Counted from the whole stretch's first letter, positions 10,523 through 23,954 are shown. The stretch is 64,000 bases of DNA, filler included, from Sphacelaria rigidula (GCA_964200075.2; 8 parts of 8 records of this genome joined end to end with filler, not necessarily neighbours in it); one strand, 5' to 3'. The notes: generated by a model not told the origin, from the letters alone. Numbers and translations are program-made.

Positions 10523-13142
10523 CGAAAGGGCGGTGATGATTGGTATCGCTAGCACAAAATATGTGAAGAAGTGTTGTTGATATGCTTACGGAGTACGGAA
10601 CACAGGCACACCGCGCTCACGCTATGCCGATCGCGGTGGAACAAGTAGACTTCCACGTAGTCAATTTCCAGTCCATTTCATGCTGGGCATGAGCCGAACA
10701 AAGGGTGTCATATAGTGAGAGTACATACGCCCCACCCCACCTACAATTCATACAGCATGTAGCATATGCACATGTTTCCCATCTATTATTCATGCGGCAT
10801 GAATCATGTGTGCACATCTCCCACCCCTGATTCGTGCAGGATGAATCAAATTAACATTATCCTTGCGAGTGATTTACCCAAGAACTGTGATTCGTGCTGT
10901 ACATGTTTTGTACTCTTTATTCGTGTGACACCATCCGGAGCGTACACAACGTCGCTTGTCATTCGTGCGATACTACCCCGAAAGTATATGTGTTCCGTCT
11001 GCGATTCGTACATGGTGACTCCCCGAAACATGAATCGCACTCGTCAGGGGGAGCGAGTCAACTGGTACGAATCAAGTTGTATGACATGGAAAACCCTTTG
11101 ACTGCAAAGCATTCGGTTGCCTATATACCAAGAATAATTCGTACATGCACAATCGAGTCACGTAAATGATCGCATCGAAAACCCTGGCGTGTCCTGGACG
11201 TAATTGGTCTTCTTTCTCTTTTACGTCCTCGGTGGGCGTAGTTCATCCAATCGACCATTATCTGAATTCACGACGGATTAAAGCCCACGGATGCTCATTT
11301 TCTATGTGCCCGTTTCTCTTGCAACTTGTTTTTGGCCATCGCTAGTTACGGCAACCCGCTGGCGTCGTTGGGCTTCTAGGAGAGGGGCCTCAAGGAGGGT
11401 CTCCGAACGGTGGAGAGACGTCACTGAAAGATCGCAAGACACGGAGATGTTCGCGACACATCTCACGGCTGTTTCATGGTGTTCCACAACCTGACTAGTG
11501 ACATGTACTGCGTCTGTTGTTGAGATATTATCTTGAATATGTGATGATCTGTTTCGATTGTTCGACGTTAAAGATCAGTTTTGCTACAGTTGTTTTTTCG
11601 GAATGAAAGTCGTGTTACCCTCCCTTGTTGTCCACGTGAACCGTGCTTTTGTGTCTCTTCACGACCACTGCGGCAAAAGTCAAGATGTCTTCCAGAAGAG
11701 TCGTTCCGTCGTTTTTCCCGCGTGATCGACCTACTGCTGTGGACCCAGCAATATCCTTCTCTACCGTGATACTCTTGGTGATTTTATTTAGGCCGTCCTA
11801 TCCAAGAGGTGTTCTCGTGCAATCATCAGCACCCGCGGTAATGAGGAGCGCTTCCCTTTCCGTTTCGTGTTTTGTTTTTTTTCGTTGGAAAACATCTCCA
11901 AGATTTGCAGCAGCTCATGTATAGTCTTTACTTGGTTTCATGCATGAGAGGGCCACGGTCTCCCTCTGCCGCACAGCAGATCCATCACAACACAGTATAC
12001 ACTATCAAGAACAAGCAGAAGTTGAGCCAATGCGGCTTAAATCCGCCGTCAACGAAGTCTCTCGTTATGTTTCTGCTACGGTGTTTTGCGGTGCTACCTG
12101 TTGACCAGCGTGGGTGTTTTTTCTTTTCTTTTTCATCACATTCAACGGCCGCGCTCTGGTACAGCATTTACCAGTAAGTGCGGAACGTGGCGGGTTCGAA
12201 TCCCGACAGACACAACTATTTCAAGCACAATCTGGTTTCTGTCGTTAGAAGCACGAGGGAGCGAGCCGCGAGCCGATTCTGCGAGAGTCGAAGGGGTGCG
12301 GCAGTCCTGGTAGTCGTGATCCCGTCCTCGGTACAAAAATGTGAGGCAGGTACCGCGGGCGAGACCGGTTGATCCCTTGAGACGACAGATCCACCCCGAG
12401 GAAGGTGAAGAGTTCAAAGTATGACGAATTGCAAAAGCGAAACTAGTGGTTCGTGAGTATATCAGGAACCCAGTTCTTCGTATGAGTAAAACTATGTGAA
12501 GAGCTCCAAACCCAGGAAGCGTATCAAGCTTCACTCGAACTCATCGCTGGTACGGAGCGTGTTCAGGAACCTCGAAAAAGCCACAAAGTTCGAAGCTGGA
12601 AATGTCGGACAATCCCACAGGGGTCTGTGGGCAAGGTGGGGCGTATCTCGTTTCCCGGGTACCACGGCCCAGACGCCGGGACACGGAAGCACTCGCTGAA
12701 GGGAAGTCAAGTGAGGGGAAATATAGCCCATGAAACTTTTTCTTCATTGTACGTGATTATACGTCTCGAGTCAGTTTTCAATGAAACACAGATATTACAG
12801 GCGGTATCACCAATCCAATGACGGATATTGGCGGTTTCGGTAGTTTGCTGTGGCACCAAAGTGCCCTCTTGAACCGAGTTGCTGTGTAGGCGGACTTCAG
12901 ACTGGTTGTAAAAAAGTACGGAGTTGTAGCAAATCGAATTCCGATTCACAGGAGAGTTTTGCGTGCCAGGACCCGGAAGAATAATTCCAAAAAACCAACG
13001 TGATACCCGGGAAGGAAGCGCGCGCGGGAGGGCGGTAGGGGGGAGCATGGCCCCTCGAAAACAAAACTCGGTTGCCGTCGAGGTTGTCCGGAACCTCTGC
13101 TTTCTAGTGCGTATGTATTCAAACGTTGGAACTGTGTGTGAA

Positions 13143-13976
13143 CACGGCATTTACCACGGGATCTTACAAATTGGGGATGTATATTTTATTGGGGATGAGA
13201 AACCCGGAGAATCAACATCTTCGTATCCACACCAAATCTTCGAAATATGGTTCCATTTCTTCACCTACCGATAACTATTGACAACTGCTACACGGCAAAG
13301 AAGTTTAGATTTCGATCACCGAAATGTTGAGGTCCTGCGTGAAAAAACACTTCGGAATCATGTTGGCGTCCGTTGGGACACCCGGAATTCCCCCAAACCG
13401 GCTTTTCACGTAGGACCCCAATATTTCGATGACTGAAACCGAAACTTCTATGGCGTGTAGCGGTTGTCAATAGTTATCGGTAGGTGAAGAAATGGAACCA
13501 TATTTCGAAGATTTGGTGTGGATACGGAGGTTGTAATTATCCGGGTTTCTCATTCCCAACTTGTAAGGTCCCGTGTTATTTTATAAATTGGGGATGGAAA
13601 GCGGCAGAATGAAAATCTTCGTATCCACACGAAATCTTCGAAGTATACTTCCATTTCTTCACTTGCCGGAGGCTTTTTGACAACTACTACACGACATTCA
13701 AATTCGGATTTCGATACCCGAAATGTTGAGGTCCTAGGTAACGAATCATTTCTTTGGGATTGAAGGTGTCCGATCGGACGCCAAAAAAAGGTTTTTCACA
13801 TAGTACCCCGACATTTCGGTTATCGAAATCGAAATTTGTATGAAGTGTTGTCAAGAGCTACCAGCAAGTGAAAAAATGGAAGCATTCTTCGAAGATTTTG
13901 TGTGGATACGAAATACTTGATATTCCGTGTTTTCATCCCCAATAAAAGATCCATCCCCGCTCTGTAAAATCCCGTG
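13143..13976. mobile_element. Two related ~400-bp palindromic (foldback) MITEs with CACGGG termini; the 13155-13575 copy appears inserted in the left TIR of the other
   Basis: CACGGGATCTTACAA...TTGTAAGGTCCCGTG with ~200-bp arms; the second palindrome ends TAAAATCCCGTG at 13976. Confidence 0.8.
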
Positions 13977-16055
13977 TTTGTAATCGTGGACACCATCCGA
14001 GATCGTACCATGATTTTATTATGAAGGGTGACAGTAATGCGTCCAACGCTCTGCCTCTAAATGACGTCATAAGAGAGGGTATCTTGACCGGGTTCGGAAA
14101 TCGGTTAGTCAACCCCTCTTCCCTTGACAGCATGCGTTTCTTCGACCGAGTACAAGTATCGATAAAAGAGTGCAGCGTGAGCCTTCACATTGTGACACTT
14201 TAGGATTGTCACATCAACCGGTGTCAAAAGCAAGCTCGGCGAGTGCGTTGTACATCGCTTCTCCACGGCAATGCGCAGAGTCTCCCATTTGCTCCCTTGG
14301 ATTTTGATTTTTGTGTCCGTGCTTGATCATGAGCGCCCCTCGACAACCTTAAACACCAGTTGTTGTTACGCCCATATATGTTGAATCATTAGTGTCACTA
14401 TCTTGAACCACATTACTATTGGATGCAACACGTACGATGCCGGAAATCTCTTGAGCGTTCCTCGCCAAATCTGTGGCTCCAGATGAGCCAATCATCCTAG
14501 CCAGGCACACATATCATGTCGGTGCGAACAGCTCCCGATCCCTGAATCAATTCTGCCTTCATACTGCTATCGATAATTCGACACTGTGGACCCCGTGGCC
14601 CCACTCGGCGCCATGGCATCATGCATTTCGTCATTAGGTCCAACCCACTGAAACGCAGCACGAAGCGCCGGTCTTACGCACACAACAATATGAAATGGTC
14701 AATTGCGATCGGGAAAGACTACGTTTCACGCACCACACCACACGCGACACACACCACATGCACGCGCTCACACTACTCTACACAAACGTACGTGCAGTCA
14801 AGCAGCCTGCACCACCTATTGAACGCCTCGATGTCTGTGTACACTTATCACATGATGTTCCCGGCATCGTAGTCCCTCTTCCAACTTCGCCAGACGTCAA
14901 TCATGGTCTGCTTTTACTAGCTGCCGTGGGTAGTAGAGCAAATGAGACATTATTGGCGTTCCATGCATTTCAGGGATCTTCACGCGAATCCATCCCCGTG
15001 TCAATGACACCGGTTGTGGTGAAGGGTTCTTCTGGAACGCTCAATGCTCGGGGTTCTCGCTCGTCATCAGGTGTAGCTGGCGTCGACTCCTCGAGACCAT
15101 GAAGTTCCTCAATATTGGATTTCACTTCCTGTCGACCAAGCAACATGGTAGCAAGCACCGTTAACACGTTAGGCGGTATTTTCTGGATCCACGATTGAGT
15201 CACGAAGGACGGAAGTAGACGTTTCTGAAGAGCAGGTGTGTGGTCTTTTTTTTTTCCAGGTGGCGGCCTCCTCGTAGAATTCCCGCTCTGTGTGAACTCG
15301 TATGAAGAATCCACAAATGATTACCTCAAAATTAGGGTGTGGCACTCCCTCCACCCTCACGCCGCCGTCTTTGCCTCTAGCTTCAACCTCGAAAGGAACT
15401 CGTTTCCTGGCCGTGTACAGCGGTTCGGAGGTAGAGATCTTCTCGCTGTTCGGTGCTGCAACAACTTGATTGCCCTCATTCAGCTCAGTTTCAATTGGGA
15501 TGGGATCCCCTGTCATGGGATGGGAAATGAGATGGGACAAGGGTGTATCTGGGTTCGTCGACAACTTCAGCGGGCATGTGGTTGATGGTAATACCGATGC
15601 CCTCATTCAATTCCGGGACAGTGCTTTTCTCCACCACAGCTTTTGCCTGTGGAGTTATCCTACGATAGGGGGCAGGGGGGGGTATTTTGAGCCACTTCTT
15701 GCACGAGATATTCAAGTCAAATTGTCCTTGTAAGGAGCAACGATTGCTCGAACGAGCTTGTAATAGATATATAGCGCTCGTTCATGCCGATTGACACCGT
15801 TTTAAACCAAATACAAGCGCGCCGCGAGTGTGGTAGGTCGCCTGACACGCTGTTGAGCCTCTTTTTCGGTGCAACCCCCCCCCCCCCCCCCCCCCCCCCA
15901 CAGACGACAAAACCGGAAAAGGGAAAAAAAAAAGAANNNNNNNNNNNNNNNNNNNNNNNNNNNNNNNNNNNNNNNNNNNNTTAATTAATTAANNNNNNNN
16001 NNNNNNNNNNNNNNNNNNNNNNNNNNNNNNNNNNNNTTGTCCTGTTGCCCCGGGT

Positions 16056-16089
<34 letters not shown>

Positions 16090-16302
16090 ACTCGCGTTCT
16101 TATTGCTATACGTATTGCTTGTTTCCCGCAAGAAAGGAGCAGGAGTTGTGCGGTGCCTGCTTCGTTTTGTTCGTTGCCCCTTCCTTGATGGAGACACTAT
16201 TGGTATACAGGTGGCGCCACTACTTGAGAAACTCTAATTTGGGGTGAAGTTCAAATCTTATTCTTATTGCCGAACCAACCATAGTTTATCAAACCCAATT
16301 TC

Positions 16303-19300
16303 TGTTACGGATAGTCTGGTATAGGAGTCTCCGGATTGTCCGTGCACTAGTCCGTTTTTACTGTTGTCTCAATTGCGTAGGCTACCATGATCGCTGTACA
16401 CACGCTTTGGGCGCATTTTCAAGTGTCGGGGATTAAACATAGAATTCAGCTACTCCAAGCAAACATGCGGCATATTTATCCATGTGTGAGGAAGGCGTAC
16501 CGCCAGGGTAGACAGACTAAGGAGGAGGCTGTCTTGGCAGATGTCGTCCTGATGCCGAAGGCACTCCAAGGCTGGCGATGATTTCCTCTTGTGTATGCAG
16601 GTAAGAAGTTGGGTCAGACGAGAAGTTGTCGACTGAGGGCGACCAGTTCCTCGGGGGATGTTGGGCCGTCCTAACATCAGGCTCTTCCTGGCATCACCCC
16701 GAGTTGTCTAGTGTCGTTGGCCTTACAGGGTCCTCGGTAATCTGGTCCTTTCGGACCGTCCTTACCTTGTACCTGCATGCGCTGGATCTTCACACATGTG
16801 TGGCATCAGTCTGTGATATGTCACTGCAAAGAGGTGTCTTCTACATTTCCCCTCCCTTCATGCGTCTCAAACCCATCAGGACTGCGGCTGGTGGGACGAC
16901 GCGATCATCAGTTTCGCTGATGATATAATCATGGAAGTGTCTTTGAGTTCAATCGTTGATTGAGTCACGCCACCACTAATTGCAAAGGTAGCCCTTCTCT
17001 ATGCTGTGGTATTGAGTGAACACCCCCGGAAAATTCTAGCTACCTGTGGTCAGTAACAGTGCATGTATTACAAATCCTTTAATTTTGGTTTTCCTCTACC
17101 ATGTAACTGTGTCATATGTGACATATTTCCCCGAGATCTCTTTGCACTTTGGTGCTGCTTTGCGTCTGTCAGTTATGCATGACTGGGCACTGGGACGCTG
17201 ATCGGTCCACGGGGGCCTGGGTTATTTATGCCGGAGTTCTGGGATGCGTTTGGTTCCGCTAACACCGGGGTAGGACTAAGTTGTCGAGTTAGTAACAAAG
17301 CGGTGTTTCAGATGTTCTTAACCTGTGAGCATTGTGCTTTTTTTACTAAACACCGTCAAAATGACCCTTGCTTCTTGTCATTTTGTGTCATGTAGCTGCG
17401 TCGTGTGTGACACATTTTTATGGGATGCTTTTGCACTTTGGTGCTGGCTGCATCAGTTGGGTATACATGACTAGGCACTGGGACACTGACTGGTCCACGG
17501 GCGCTTGAGGTATTCCTGCCCGGGTTCTGGGATGCCTTCGGTTCCACTGACACCGAAGTAGGACAAAGTCCTCGCGTTAGTACCAAAGCGGTGGGTCTGA
17601 TGTTTATCTTGCGAGCGTTGTGCTCTTTGGTGAAAAATCGACATGATCTTTGCTTCTTGTCATTTTGTGGCACGCAAATGTGTCATTTGTGACACATTTC
17701 CCCGAGATCTCTTTGCACTTTGGTGCTGTATGCATCTGCTGTTTCTACATGCCTGAGCACTGGGACGTTGATCGGTCCACGGGCGCCTGGGTTATTCATG
17801 TCCGGGTTTTGGGATGCGTTTGGTTCCGCTGACACCGGAGTAGGACAAAGTCCCTGCGTTACTAACAAGGCGGTGGGTATGATGTTTATCTTTCAACCCT
17901 TGTGTTCTTTGGCTAAACATCATCGAAATGATCTTTGCTTCTTGTCAGCAACTACCTCCATTGCTGAGAGGCTATATTCCTTGGGAAGTTGTACCTCCGT
18001 CACCGCTGACATGTCAGATATTTTTCCGCTCATGTCTCCATTGTTCTAACGTCATTTATGCGTAACTCTCATTGATCTCCGAACTGTGACCCCAGGCTAC
18101 TGCTTAGCCCTTGCGCTTTTTGCTAGGACGCTTGAACAGTCACATCCGTTTCCGTTACCCGGTATTTTCGGATTTCGACTCGGGATGTGAGCACTCTGCT
18201 AACCCTTTGTCATGACGGTATATATCGATGAGATGTTATATTGTAAGCAACGTTTCGTCAGGCTGGTCTCTCTGGTAGAGGTATCTGTTTGTCTTGAAAC
18301 AACTCGCTCGACATATCGAAATCTGATGCGGGTGGCGTTTCTCGCGGGCGATATTTCTTCAAGTGAGCGAGATGTACTGATATTTCTTTAGAGTCGTCGC
18401 CTATTTTGATTCTGTACACAACCGGCGATCGTCTCTCGGTTATCATGACAGGTCCTCTCCATGGTAATTGGAGTTTGAGGTTCGGCCCTTCTGAACCCTG
18501 GTGTGGTCGGTACATGTTGGTACATGAGTACCTTTTGACCGGGTTTGAACACTGGGAACGATTTTGATTTGTTTTTGTTTCCTTGCTCGTTCGCTCTTTC
18601 TCGTAGAGCTTGTCTCGCAATTTCAAATCCTAACCGTAGGTTTTCCCATGTTTTTTTGAATAATTCTTCGGGTGTTGCCGCTTGACTTCTCTCAATTATG
18701 CCGAGGGTGATTTCGATTGGTGATCTAGGCTGTCTTCCGAACAAAAACAAATACGGTATCTCCTGTACTGTATTGTGATGGGATGGGTTGTGCGTCATTT
18801 CGATGAACGGAAGCATGGATGCCCAACTTTTGTTTCCAATTGACATGTGCATAGCTAACATCGCGTGCATGGTGGAGTGGGTTCGTTCCATCCTGAATTA
18901 CCTTGCAGGCGTAAGGGTGTCGTGCGAGGTTTATTGAAACCCATTTCCTGTTGCAGTGCGTATACTAGCTTGTTTCCCAAATCCGGCTCTTTGATTTGTA
19001 TGCAGCTTTCCAGAATGCCAAATGTGGTAAAACTCTATCGATGAAATGTTCGACTATCGACGTGGCTAGTTTATTTGGTACCGGAATGAGCAAGGCATAC
19101 CCTGTGAGGTGGTCCATTACGGACAATAACCATCTACCTAGTACTTCAGCTTTTGAAATCGAATCTGTTTTGTATTCGCCTAGGTCTACCGACATTCTTC
19201 CTTATGGTCATCCTACCGGGACGTGTCCCATTGGCAAATTTTGGCCGGTTGTGGACCGTTGTTTCGGCGTTGGCAATCCTGACATAGTGTGCGTACGCCC

Positions 19301-20470
19301 GTGTTTGCTCTTTTTGCAATTATTCCGCGGTTGACTGACAGCTCTCGGTCACTTTGTACCGGCTTCAAACGATCGAGCTTCTCAGCTGATATTTTGACAT
19401 TGATGCTGTGGTTCAGCTATTTGCTGCGCAGGGTATTCTGGCACATATTTCGTGTAAGCAACGACTCGATTATTTTAGCTTCTTTACGCTTTTCGAACGC
19501 GAACAGACGTGAGAGGGTGTCCGGAGTAACATGAAGTTTCTCCGGTTTTTGTCTCTTATTATCATCATCATCATTATTATTATTAATTTCTCTGGTTCTT
19601 CATCTCTTGTATTGAGGTTATATAGCCTAGAACGGTATTGTGTTTCGGGTTCACACGTCGGCTCGACGGGTTGGCGATTTATACAATTTCCGTCTTATTC
19701 GTTGCCGACCACATGTATACTGTCCTTGCAACAATGATGCGCGTGAATGCCTGAGGTACATCAGGCGATCGAGTGTCTTCCTCGGTCATTATGCGCGGCT
19801 CCACTCCAGCTGCTATCTTTGTTGACGGGGTATTTTCCGTTCCAACTAGTACTGCAATCTCACGTTGTGGTGGCACGCTGCATCTTATTTTTTTTTCAAA
19901 GAAATACCGGAACGGGGTCGTTGAAGCATTTCACACTAACTACAGAACAATTAGTTGTTTCGGAGTGTGCTGTTTTTCGTCAGCCCTGTTATTTTCGATG
20001 CGATGCTTTGATTTTCATACTGGAATCACGGAATGTTCATTCTTCCGCCTGTCAGTCGAGTATAGCTTCAAAGGCACTCATAATGGCATTGTATAGGATA
20101 GACAACCCGGCCCCATATTAGGTAATACAAACGCTTCTACCGGCAGGTTTTTTCATTCCCAACGTAATGTCGAAACGAATGAACACTAGGAATTTTATGG
20201 GGGAACCGTCCGCGCTTCTGAGATCCATGAGTGCTGGCGGTACTGGTTTTATATGAGCTGCCATTATAGCCGGGTGTTGATCTATGAACGTTTCGCTGAT
20301 ACATGGTACATTTGCCACGGAATCGATTGTGATTATTTTCCGTGGGGTACCATTCACTCTGGCTGCGACTGTAACACGTACTGATGCACAGGATAACGCT
20401 GAGAGCGTATCTGTATACCTGCCGTAGTGATGATGCGTTGTATGAGTCATAACAACAGTGATCATCCAAG
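16303..20470 (-). mobile_element. Decayed Gypsy-type LTR retrotransposon (protease, integrase, long 3' repeats, PPT and probable LTR 16303-16845); RT and RNase H absent
   Basis: Protease-like IITIDSVANVPCISE (~20300), PDTLSR (~19520), integrase SVDLGEY..MDHLTGY, MERTHST..PYLFLFGRQPR and PWRGP. PPT GAAGGGAGGGGAAA|TGTAG at 16845-16859; the far LTR boundary is uncertain. Confidence 0.8.
17108..17947. repeat. Three tandem ~285-bp repeats downstream of the integrase
   Basis: Anchor TTTGCACTTTGGTGCT at 17141, 17430 and 17712 (periods 289 and 282). Confidence 0.9.
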
Positions 20471-20857
20471 ATCGGGTTGAAAAAGGAAGACTGGTGTTTC
20501 GGTTTGGAATCGACAGCCCTTGCTTATAACATTGTTACTTTTTCTGGCTACCGGTTGAACATGTGCTAGCGCAGAATGTAACGTTACCGATTCAGTGGGG
20601 TACGGCACAGAATGTAACAAGTTGAGCTTCATTTTCGACGATGATGGCCCCTTGTGCGGTGTATTGCTTTTTCCACGGGTGCTCTGGAGGCTGCTTAAAA
20701 ACCAACTCCCATCGTGCTCTTTTCCAGCTTCTGTTCCTAGTGTGTGCTTTCACATCACAACCAAGGGCTATTTTTGTGCCCCTCTGGAGGAGCTTCTGTA
20801 CTAGCTAGGAAACCCGCTTCTCTCCGATATTTTTTCACCAGACGGTTGACGCTTTTC

Positions 20858-22252
20858 CAAGGGAAGATCGAGTAGAGCATACTCAGTACTCAGTATTTTC
20901 GAAGAGTCATACTTTTAGTACTCGAAGTTTGAGTAAAGTATTTGAGGTCGTACTCAACCTACTCAATTATTCGTGTACTCGTAGGGTATTTGAGATCATA
21001 CCCAGTCTACTCGAAATTTGAGTAGAGTATTTGAGGTCGTACTCGACCTACTCAAAACTTGAGTAGAGTATTTGAGGCCGTACTCGGCCTACTCAAAATT
21101 TGAGGAGAGTATTGGAGGCCGTACTCGACCTACTCAAACCTTGAGTAGAGTATCTGAGGCCGGATTCGATGTATCGAAAACCTATAACTTCAATATTCAA
21201 GTTCGTACGCAAGATACTCAAACTCGGGTGGAGGAACTACCGAGGCATTCCTAGAGTTTCCCACCCATGGTGAGTGTTGATTCAAGGTCAAACTTCAGCG
21301 AACATTCTGATAAGAACCAAATGGTACAAAACTAGGGTAGAATGAATGTTGGGGTACTGTCGAAGGGCGTTCGGATTGTACCGTGTAAACTGGCGGGGGT
21401 ACTGCAAATCGTCAAAATCGTATCGAAGGATTGGCAGTCGAAGTCTTGTGTATAGTTCATACCCGGGCATCCGGACACGTCACTGGGTGTGTGACGCGTT
21501 TCACCCGCCTGTAAGTAGGCACAAGGGGAAACAGCTGATGTCGAAAGGGATCATGAGGCACATGATGACAACGCCACAAAACACACAACAAGAGACGAAA
21601 TACTTATTTTGATAATACCTACTCGACTACTCGTCTCCTCGATCACTTGATGATGATGAGTAGCGCTCTGTACTGAAAGTGATATCGAAGGCGTTGCGAG
21701 GTATCGAGTATCAACTGCCGTGGGTGGGGGCTGGTGAGATGGGGCGCTGGGGCAGGTAGGTTCATTCACCTGCACGCTTTTTAATTTGTTTTGGCCACCA
21801 TTCGCTCATACTCCTTGTTGACTGTGATGTAACGCCGCCCATCTAATTGATGACCATCGTTCGCTCATGTATTCAATCAACATAGTCTGTGAAGTGACGT
21901 CACAAAGTCGCCGACTGTCAGGGATATGTACTATACCCAAGGGGTACTCTATACCCAAGCATTACTGGGAGTGCTTACTCAATATTTGAGTCGAGTATTT
22001 GAGACCATACTCAACCTACTCAAAATTTGAGTAGAGTATATGAGGCCGTACTCGACCTACTCAAAATTTGAGTAGAGTATTGAGGTCATACTCAAGTGAC
22101 ACTCTAGACTCAAGTATCACTGAGAGTGCTTACTCAAAATTTGAGTAGAGTATTTGAGGCCGTACTCGACCTACTCAAAAGTTGAGTAGAGTAAATACTC
22201 GAGTATTTTACTCGAGTACTCAAAAATATATACTCTACTCGACCTACCCTTG
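20858..22252. mobile_element. Non-autonomous TIR element, CAAGGG termini, 8-bp TSD (hAT/P-like), with ~41-bp subterminal tandem repeats
   Basis: CGCTTTTC|CAAGGGAAGATCGAGTAGAG ... CTCTACTCGACCTACCCTTG|CGCTTTTC; repeats TACTCGACCTACTCAAAATTTGAGTAGAGTATTTGAGGCCG near both ends. Confidence 0.9.
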
Positions 22253-22544
22253 CGCTTTTCTCCATTGCCTGCGTACTGAGGCGTGAAATATTGGTCTGCA
22301 GTTTTCAACTCCTCTCAGCTTGTGGGCTGGGATGCGGTAAGACCATCCAGTACCCCTACTTCTTTCGCTTGCTAAATGGTAGGGAATGACAAGGTCGTGC
22401 TTTCGCAGGTTGGGTAAAATGTTTTGTTAGTGCTAGTTCGAGTCACCGCATTTCCAGAGGTCAGTCTGCTTGATCAATTTCCGTGCCTTTCGCACTGTGG
22501 TGGCGAAAGGTTGGTTGATAAGTGTGCACACGTCGGACAGATCA

Positions 22545-23954
22545 GCTCCCTATAGCTCGAGCTAGCTCTTGTTGAGCGTAGCTCCCTAGTGAGCTATGAG
22601 AGCTACATGAGCTACGCATATTTTCCTGGGGTGAGCTATTAGAGCTGTATGAGCTGCACATGTTTACCGTATGTGGGCTACCAATCCGTAGCTCATCAGC
22701 TCAGATTCGCCCTGGGTGAGCTATGGGAGCTGTATGAGCTACGCACGTTTGCGATAGGTGAGCTACCAACCCATAGCTCATCAGCTTAGATTCGCCCTGG
22801 GTGAGCTATGAGAGCTGCATGAGCTACGCATGTTTGCCCTGGGTGAGCTACCAACCCGTAGCTCATCAGCTCAGATTTGCCCTGGGTGAGCTATGAGAGC
22901 TGCATGAGCTACACATGTTTGTCCTGGATGAGCTATGAGAGATGCATGAGCTACACATGTTTGCCCTGAATGAGCTATGAGAGATGCATGAACTACACAT
23001 GTTTGCTCTGGATGACCCATGAGAGCTAGGTGAGCTGCAAGTAATTGCCGTGAATGAGCTATGAGAGCTATGGGAGCTACGATGGCTTACCACCTTAACC
23101 GCGAATGTGGGAGGTCTCTGAATCGGCATCATTCACACCCGGAAAATGAAGGTGAATCATGCTGATTTATCATATCACCAACCCTCGCAGTCAAAGAGCT
23201 AACTCCTTGACGGCGAGCATAAGTCATCTGTTGAATCGGCTCCAATTTCACTTGAACAACTCATGCATGACCAGATGGACTCGTACCCTCGCGGCCAACC
23301 GATTACAAGAAATGAATCGGTCGATTATTACTGTAGACACTGAATATTAATACTTTTTTTGACCATCCGACCAAGCGAACGAGAATATGTGTTGGCTTCC
23401 TTTCTTCCTATCGCGAAGAGTGAGGCAAAACATCACAACCTAATGATATGTGGCGCCATCCGTTCAAACAAGAATGCTACATCATAAGCGACACGGGGTT
23501 GGCCAGCGACGAGCTAGGTATATGACGTGAGTGAGCCACGACCATGTGTCCCTGGGGTGAGCTACCGGGCGTAACTCATCCGCTCATGTTTTCCCCGGGT
23601 GAGCTACAAGAGCTGCGTGAGCTACACATATTTGCCTTGAGTGAGCAATCGAGCGTAGCTTATCCGCATATGTTTCCCCTGGGTGAGCTGTGAGAGCTAC
23701 ATGAGCTACACATGTTTGCGCTGGGTGAGCTGTGAGAGCTGTATGAGCTGCACATGTTTGCCCTGGGTGAGCTATCAATCCATAGCTCATCAGCTCAGAT
23801 CCGCCCTGGGTGAGCTATGGGAGCTGTATGAGCTACGCACGTTTGCGATAGGTGAGCTACCAACCCGTAGCTCATCAGCTTAGATTCGTCCTGGGTGAGC
23901 TATGAGAGCTGCATGAGCTACGCATGGTTTCTCTGGGGGAGCTGCCAAACCGTA
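22545..23954. repeat. GAGCT-rich satellite (~38-bp monomer, ~85-bp higher-order unit) interrupted at ~23080-23510
   Basis: Repeated CTGGGTGAGCTATGAGAGCTGCATGAGCTACACATGTTTGCC; runs into the contig end. Confidence 0.9.

Noticed and set aside
12160-12215. tRNA gene (GGTTCGAATCCC); similar heads at 45717-45790 and 27420-27495
   Set aside because: A/B boxes are present but I could not fold a complete cloverleaf; more likely SINE heads.
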